Shown here piece by piece: positions 59,075 through 64,000 of a DNA stretch of 64,000 nucleotides. Each line of letters begins with the position of its first letter. Within the stretch, counting starts at the first letter, position 1. The stretch lies in assembly GCA_031414535.1 (NCBI GenBank), contig JANNVQ010000037.1:1-64000 (forward strand), written 5' to 3'. Made by a program: the position numbers and the translations under genes. Under the pieces are notes generated by a model. The model did not search any database, was not told where the DNA came from, and saw only the letters and a program-made list of their open reading frames with translations. Source of the stretch: Gemmatimonas sp. GTDB lineage: Bacteria > Gemmatimonadota > Gemmatimonadetes > Gemmatimonadales > Gemmatimonadaceae.

Positions 59075-59633
59075 ATGCGATAACGACGCGATGCGAGATC
59101 AGCTCCCGCTGCTGGTGCGCGGCCTGCGCTCTACCAACGAGGCCACGCAACTCAAGGCGCATCTGGCTGAGTGCGCAGCCTGCGCCGCGGAGTTCAACGT
59201 GCTCGAGCGCAGCGCTCGTCTCTTTGATCAGGCCACGCCGCGCATTGATACCGCAGCGATTCTCGCGAAGCTCCCTGCTGCACCTGGATCGCGGCCTGCC
59301 CTGACGGTGTCGCACGGCCGAAGCCGCCCGTTTGGCTTGCGGCGCTATGCACTCGCTACGGCGGCATCATTTCTGCTCGTGGCCTCGCTGTCACTCGGAG
59401 CGTTGCGGGAGAGCTTCTTCGGCGGGAAACCAGGTACTGACATCGTGGGTGATAGTAGCACGCCCATGGTCGCGATGCTTCCCGTGGGACTCGTCGGGGG
59501 CAACGAGCTCGGCGAGCTTGGCGTGGACGATTTGGAGACACTTTTGAAGGAACTCGACCAGCTCGAAGCGACGGTGGCGGCAGAGCCCGTGACCATGCAG
59601 CGCCCTGTGAGCAGCGCACCGGAGGGATTGTGA
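59067..59633 (+). CDS. Zinc-binding anti-sigma factor (ZAS) with TM helix
   Basis: From ATG 59067: HLAECAAC (HxxxCxxC) and one TM. Confidence 0.88.
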   Translation: MTECDNDAMRDQLPLLVRGLRSTNEATQLKAHLAECAACAAEFNVLERSARLFDQATPRIDTAAILAKLPAAPGSRPALTVSHGRSRPFGLRRYALATAASFLLVASLSLGALRESFFGGKPGTDIVGDSSTPMVAMLPVGLVGGNELGELGVDDLETLLKELDQLEATVAAEPVTMQRPVSSAPEGL

Positions 59634-60190
59634 AGAATCTCGGTCTCGTGTTTCGAGCGTCGCTGCTGATGCTGCTGATGGCCACGAGCGTCGCGGCGCA
59701 GGGAGAGCCAGACGAGGGTCAGCGGGATTCACTTGAAAGTCGCGTGCGCGCCCGGATGGCTCAGGTGATGCGGAATCAACTAGGCCTCAATGACGACCAG
59801 GTGCGCCGTTTGCAGGCCACGAATCGCCGCTTCGAGGGCCAACGGCGCGATTTGTTTGAGCAGGAGCGCCGCGTGCGAATCGAACTGCGTGCGGCTATCG
59901 AGCTCGGCGATTCCACGCAGAACGCGCGGATTGGCCCGCTGCTCGACCGCACCATTCAACTGCAGCGTCAGCGCCTCGACTTGCTTGACGCTGAGCAGAA
60001 GGAGCTTGCCACCTTCCTCACGCCACTACAGCGGGCCAAGCTGTACGGATTTGAGGAGCAGATGCGGCGGCGCGTGCAGGAGATGCGCGAAAACGGTGTT
60101 CGTCCGGATGCCGGTGCCGCACCTCGCCGTCCGATGGGCGGACGCCCCGGCGGCCCGCCCGCACAAGGTGGGCGCCGTCCGCCGATGTAG
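59630..60190 (+). CDS. Spy/CpxP-like periplasmic protein
   Basis: Signal peptide; LGLNDDQ and LTPLQ (LTxxQ) motifs. Confidence 0.8.
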   Translation: MKNLGLVFRASLLMLLMATSVAAQGEPDEGQRDSLESRVRARMAQVMRNQLGLNDDQVRRLQATNRRFEGQRRDLFEQERRVRIELRAAIELGDSTQNARIGPLLDRTIQLQRQRLDLLDAEQKELATFLTPLQRAKLYGFEEQMRRRVQEMRENGVRPDAGAAPRRPMGGRPGGPPAQGGRRPPM

Positions 60191-60277
60191 TCTCGCCCTC
60201 CGCGTTGCCTTTTCAGGAGGGCGGCCACACAGGCCATCGCGAAAGACCCTAGGTCCCCATTATCATTCACCGCGTTG

Positions 60278-60361
60278 GCCCGGATGGCGGAACTGGCAGA
60301 CGCAGGGGACTCAAAATCCCCCGATCGCAAGGTCTTGTGGGTTCGATTCCCACTCCGGGCA
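60278..60361 (+). tRNA. tRNA-Leu(CAA)
   Basis: Acceptor GCCCGGA/TCCGGGC, anticodon arm GGGGA-CTCAAAA-TCCCC, long variable arm, GGTTCGATTCC. CCA not encoded. Confidence 0.96.
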
Positions 60362-60368
60362 TGGCAAC

Positions 60369-60403
60369 GGCGGGGCGCGGCTCATCATGAGTCGCGCCCC
60401 GTC
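60369..60403. terminator. Hairpin between the tRNA and the convergent DUF983 gene
   Basis: GGCGGGGCGCGGCTCA-TCA-TGAGTCGCGCCCCGTC. Confidence 0.7.
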
Positions 60404-60408
60404 TGCGT

Positions 60409-60798
60409 CTACCGGTCGCTGGCCCGCGGCGGGTCAAAGATAAGATCAGCCGCCAGCCAGAGGGTGCGCGTGAACGGATACAGCAGGAGTGGCGCGACAA
60501 TCATCGCCGCCACCAGCACGATCTCCATGCGGTCCCAAGGCACGTCGGGCCACACGCTGAGCAACCACACGCCAAAGATCAGCGCAAAGAGCAACTCGGC
60601 AACGACCAGATTCACCAGATAGGCGCCCACGAAGTGATCGGGATTGGCGCGGTCGGTCTTGAGGGCGCAGGTTGGACAGCGCGGCTGCAGGTAGAGCCAA
60701 CGCCGAAACAGCTTGCCGCCGCCGCATTCGGGACAATGCAGTGCCAGCGCGCGAAAGACTCGTGTGGACGACGTTGGGGGCGCGGTATGCTCACTCAC
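60409..60798 (-). CDS. DUF983 domain protein
   Basis: CPECGGGKLF, CPTC, two TM helices, WLAAD. Confidence 0.85.
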   Translation of the reverse strand: MSEHTAPPTSSTRVFRALALHCPECGGGKLFRRWLYLQPRCPTCALKTDRANPDHFVGAYLVNLVVAELLFALIFGVWLLSVWPDVPWDRMEIVLVAAMIVAPLLLYPFTRTLWLAADLIFDPPRASDR

Positions 60799-60856
60799 CC
60801 CTGCAAGCTACATTCGATAGGCCGTCCTTCACACCTCCGCGGAGTCCTGCGCCACC

Positions 60857-62023
60857 ATGCCCGGTCGTCATCATCTCTTTGTTCCTGGCCCCTCGAACGT
60901 GCCCGACCGCGTGTTGCGCGCGATGCATCGGGCGCAGGAAGACCACCGCTCCAGTGGTTTCCCCGAGCTAACACAAGGGCTGCTCCGCGACATCAAGCCG
61001 ATGTTTGGTACCGCAGAGGGTCGGGCATTTCTGTTCGCGGCGACGGGAACCGGCATGTGGGAAGCGGCCATCACGAACACGCTCAACCCCGGCGATCGGG
61101 TGCTGGCCGTGCGACTCGGCCAGTTTTCGCACCTGTTCATTGACACGGCGGAGAAGCTGGGCTTGAAGGTTGAGGTCATGGATTTGGAGTGGGGCGATGC
61201 CTTTGACCCGCAGGCGATTGGTGAGCGCTTGGCCCAAGACAGCACGCACGAATTGAAGGCCGTGCTCGTCGTGCACAATGAAACGGCCACAGGTGTCACC
61301 AACGACATCGCCGGCCTCCGCGAGGCCATGGACGCGGCGCGGCATCCTGCGCTCCTGTTGGTGGACGGCGTGAGTTCTATCGGCTCCTTGGAGTTCCGGC
61401 AAGATGAATGGGGCGTTGACGTCGCCATCACCGGGTCGCAGAAGGGCTTCATGATGCCGGCAGGCCTCGGTATGGTGTCGCTCTCGCCGCGCGCGCTTGA
61501 GCGCATCGAGACCGCAGGCTTCTCACGGCATTACTTCGACCTGCGTCCTCAGGTACTGCACAATGACCAAGGCTATTTCCCGTATACGCCCGCATTGGCC
61601 CACCTCTTCGGCCTGCGTGAAGCGCTCGACATGATGCAGGAGGAAGGTCTGGCCAATATTCACGCTCGTCACGCTCGCCTTGCAGAGGGCGTGCGTCGCG
61701 CGGTCTCTGCCTGGGAGTTGAGAATCTGCGCCCGTGATCCCGAGCAGCGGTCCAACACGGTCACGGCCATTGTCGTGCCGGAAGGGAAGGATGCACGGCA
61801 GGTCATTGACCATGCCTACAAGCGGTGGGATATGGCGCTGGGCTCGGGGCTCGGTCGTCTCAACGGCAAGGTGTTCCGCATAGGGCACCTCGGCGATTGC
61901 AATGCGGGCATGCTGCTCGGCGCCATCGCACTCGCCGAGTTGGCGATGCACGATGCGGGCATCCCTGTGCCGCTGGGCGCTGGTGTTGCCGCCGCGCAGC
62001 GCTGGTATCGCGAGTCCGCGTGA
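60857..62023 (+). CDS. Class V aminotransferase, serine/alanine--glyoxylate aminotransferase-like
   Basis: LFVPGPSNVP, HNETATGV, VDGVSS, GSQKG, FRIGHLG. Confidence 0.92.
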   Translation: MPGRHHLFVPGPSNVPDRVLRAMHRAQEDHRSSGFPELTQGLLRDIKPMFGTAEGRAFLFAATGTGMWEAAITNTLNPGDRVLAVRLGQFSHLFIDTAEKLGLKVEVMDLEWGDAFDPQAIGERLAQDSTHELKAVLVVHNETATGVTNDIAGLREAMDAARHPALLLVDGVSSIGSLEFRQDEWGVDVAITGSQKGFMMPAGLGMVSLSPRALERIETAGFSRHYFDLRPQVLHNDQGYFPYTPALAHLFGLREALDMMQEEGLANIHARHARLAEGVRRAVSAWELRICARDPEQRSNTVTAIVVPEGKDARQVIDHAYKRWDMALGSGLGRLNGKVFRIGHLGDCNAGMLLGAIALAELAMHDAGIPVPLGAGVAAAQRWYRESA

Positions 62024-62985
62024 GCACCAAACCCATCGTGTCGGTGACGCGCCTGCTCCCGGATGCCGTGTTGCAAGCGTTGTCGCAGCATTTCACGGTT
62101 CGCGTCAACGCAGACGACGTTCCGCTCAATGCCGAAGCTTTGCGCGCCGAGTTTTGTGAGGCCGACGCTGTGCTTTGTACTGTAACCGATCGCGTAGAAG
62201 CTGCCTGCTTCACGCAGGCGAATCGGCGGGCGCGAATCGTCGCGAACTTCGGCGTGGGCGTGAATCACATTGAGCTCGATGCGGCGACGGCTGCCGGTGT
62301 CATGGTCACCAACACGCCGGACGTCCTCACGGACGACACCGCCGATCTCGCCATGCTGTTGATGCTGTCAGTGTTGCGTCGCGCGGGCGAGGGTGAACGC
62401 GAACTGCGCAGCGGCAACTGGACCGGTTGGCGGCCCACGCATCTGCTCGGCACGCGTCTGACGGGCAAAACCTTGGGTGTCGTCGGTTTTGGCCGCATTG
62501 GTGCGGCGGTGGCGCGACGCGCTCGCGAAGGGTTCGGCATGCGCGTGTATACCTGGACTCGCTCGCCCGCGAAGTCGGCCGTCCGTGGCGTGACGCGCGT
62601 TTCGATGCTTGATGAATTGCTCACCAATAGCGACGTCGTGAGCCTGCACGTCCCAGCGACGGCGGCGACGAAGCATCTCATTGGCACGCCGCAATTCGCC
62701 AAGATGCGGCCGGGTGCCATTCTCGTGAACACCTCGCGGGGCGACGTGGTAGACGAAAACGCGCTCGTGCAAGCGCTCGAGCGAGGGCAGATTGGCGGGG
62801 CCGGTCTCGACGTGTACGAGGCGGAACCTCGCGTGCACTCAGGATTGCTCAACCGCAACGATGTGGTGTTGCTGCCCCACATTGGGTCAGCCACCCGCGA
62901 GACGCGCGAGTCCATGGGCATGCGGGCGTTGGCGAATTTGCAGGCGTTCTTTTCAGCTGGTCCCCCACCGGACCGCGTAGCCTAG
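62020..62985 (+). CDS. D-2-hydroxyacid dehydrogenase (glyoxylate/hydroxypyruvate reductase-like)
   Basis: From GTG 62020: NTPDVLT, GFGRIG, NTSRG, LDVYE.EP, PHIGSAT. Confidence 0.92.
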   Translation: MSTKPIVSVTRLLPDAVLQALSQHFTVRVNADDVPLNAEALRAEFCEADAVLCTVTDRVEAACFTQANRRARIVANFGVGVNHIELDAATAAGVMVTNTPDVLTDDTADLAMLLMLSVLRRAGEGERELRSGNWTGWRPTHLLGTRLTGKTLGVVGFGRIGAAVARRAREGFGMRVYTWTRSPAKSAVRGVTRVSMLDELLTNSDVVSLHVPATAATKHLIGTPQFAKMRPGAILVNTSRGDVVDENALVQALERGQIGGAGLDVYEAEPRVHSGLLNRNDVVLLPHIGSATRETRESMGMRALANLQAFFSAGPPPDRVA

Positions 62986-63055
62986 TGGTTTCGATGTCTT
63001 GCTCGGCCCCTCCGCAGAGCCCTAGCTTTCGTCCTTCCACACACCCGTAAAGACC

Positions 63056-64000
63056 ATGGCGACCTACAAGTACGCAAGCGTTCCCACGAAAGGCGAGCGC
63101 ATTGAAGCCTCCGGCGGCGATTTCCGTGTTCCCGACCAACCCATCATTCCGTTCATCGAAGGCGACGGCACCGGCGCCGACATTTGGCGTGCCTCCGTGC
63201 GCGTGTTCGATGCGGCGGTGGAGCGCGCATACGGCGCAAAGCGGAAGGTCCATTGGATGGAGATCCTCGCTGGCGAGAAGGCCTTCAAGGCCACCGGCGA
63301 GTGGATGCCGGCAGAGTCGCTCGAGGCGGTGCGTGAGTTCAAGATTGCAATCAAGGGTCCGCTGACTACGCCGGTGGGCGGTGGCATTCGCTCGTTGAAT
63401 GTCGCGTTGCGCCAGGAACTCGATCTCTACGCCTGCGTGCGACCGGTGCGTTACTTCGAGGGCGTGGGTGCGCCGGTGAAGGCGCCGCAGAAGGTCAACA
63501 TGGTCATCTTCCGCGAGAACATCGAGGACGTGTATAGCGGCATCGAGTTCAAGGCCGGCTCTGCGGACGCCGAGAAGCTGCGGCAATTCATCGAAAAGGA
63601 GTTTGGCAAGAAGATTCGTCCCGAGAGCGCCATCGGCATCAAACCGATGTCGGCATTCGGCTCCAAGCGCCTCATCGAGATGGCCATCAGGTACGCCATG
63701 CGCACGCATCGCGAATCGGTGACGATGATGCACAAGGGCAACATCATGAAGTTCACCGAAGGCGGATTCCGCGACTGGGGCTACGAACTCGCGGCGGAGA
63801 AATTCGGTGAGCACGTAATCACCGAAGCGGATCTGTACGCCGCTGGCGGCAAGGCCCGCGCCGACGCCGTGATTCTGAAGGATAGAATTGCCGACTCCAT
63901 GTTCCAGCAGATCCTGTTGCGTCCCGAGGAGTACAGCGTGGTGGCCACGCCCAACCTGAACGGCGACTACATCTCCGATGCGCTCGCGGCCGAAGTAGGC
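63056..64000 (+). CDS. icd: NADP-dependent isocitrate dehydrogenase (partial, runs off window end)
   Basis: Not in the ORF track. Manual translation: [58 protein letters not shown]. Confidence 0.96.
   Translation, partial: MATYKYASVPTKGERIEASGGDFRVPDQPIIPFIEGDGTGADIWRASVRVFDAAVERAYGAKRKVHWMEILAGEKAFKATGEWMPAESLEAVREFKIAIKGPLTTPVGGGIRSLNVALRQELDLYACVRPVRYFEGVGAPVKAPQKVNMVIFRENIEDVYSGIEFKAGSADAEKLRQFIEKEFGKKIRPESAIGIKPMSAFGSKRLIEMAIRYAMRTHRESVTMMHKGNIMKFTEGGFRDWGYELAAEKFGEHVITEADLYAAGGKARADAVILKDRIADSMFQQILLRPEEYSVVATPNLNGDYISDALAAEVG

Noticed and set aside
60278..60410. tRNA-Leu as an island integration site
   Set aside because: No integrase nearby and no duplicated tRNA 3' end noticed; flanking genes look like core genes.
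1..64000. CRISPR array, cas genes, transposases, integrases, prophage genes
   Set aside because: No regularly spaced repeat-spacer array and no ORF with recognisable motifs for these.

Overview
A gene-dense, high-GC bacterial chromosomal window. Gene content and style suggest Gemmatimonadota, but this is an inference. Housekeeping and metabolic genes include truA, trpD/C/F/B/A, lexA, rlmN, aspS, phoH, ybeY, meaB, split B12-dependent acyl-CoA mutase subunits, an acyl-CoA carboxylase, a U32/RlhA-like protein, recQ, RNase E/G, rplU-rpmA, an ECF sigma/anti-sigma/Spy-like trio, tRNA-Leu(CAA), a glyoxylate aminotransferase/reductase pair and a partial icd. Best candidates for undescribed biology: (1) a tandemly duplicated, translationally coupled three-gene envelope module at 30144-36894 (secreted TPR/DUF5683-like protein, small NPND lipoprotein, Ig/Ig/beta-propeller lipoprotein), inside a 12-kb block separating the two mutase subunits; (2) a trp operon interleaved with signalling genes, including a HEAT-repeat protein and an HD-GYP protein that appear to share an unnamed N-terminal domain; (3) twin GAAC-N7-GAAG direct-repeat candidate LexA operators in the lexA/trpC divergent promoter. 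Also seen: a transaldolase homologue lacking its catalytic Lys, an isobutyryl-CoA-mutase signature, a repeated CGAAAC-N16/17-CGTAG ECF-type promoter, at least 7 apparently leaderless genes, and a nested 144-bp inverted-repeat element. No CRISPR array, transposase, integrase or phage gene was found. All family calls are from motif recognition by eye, without database searches.
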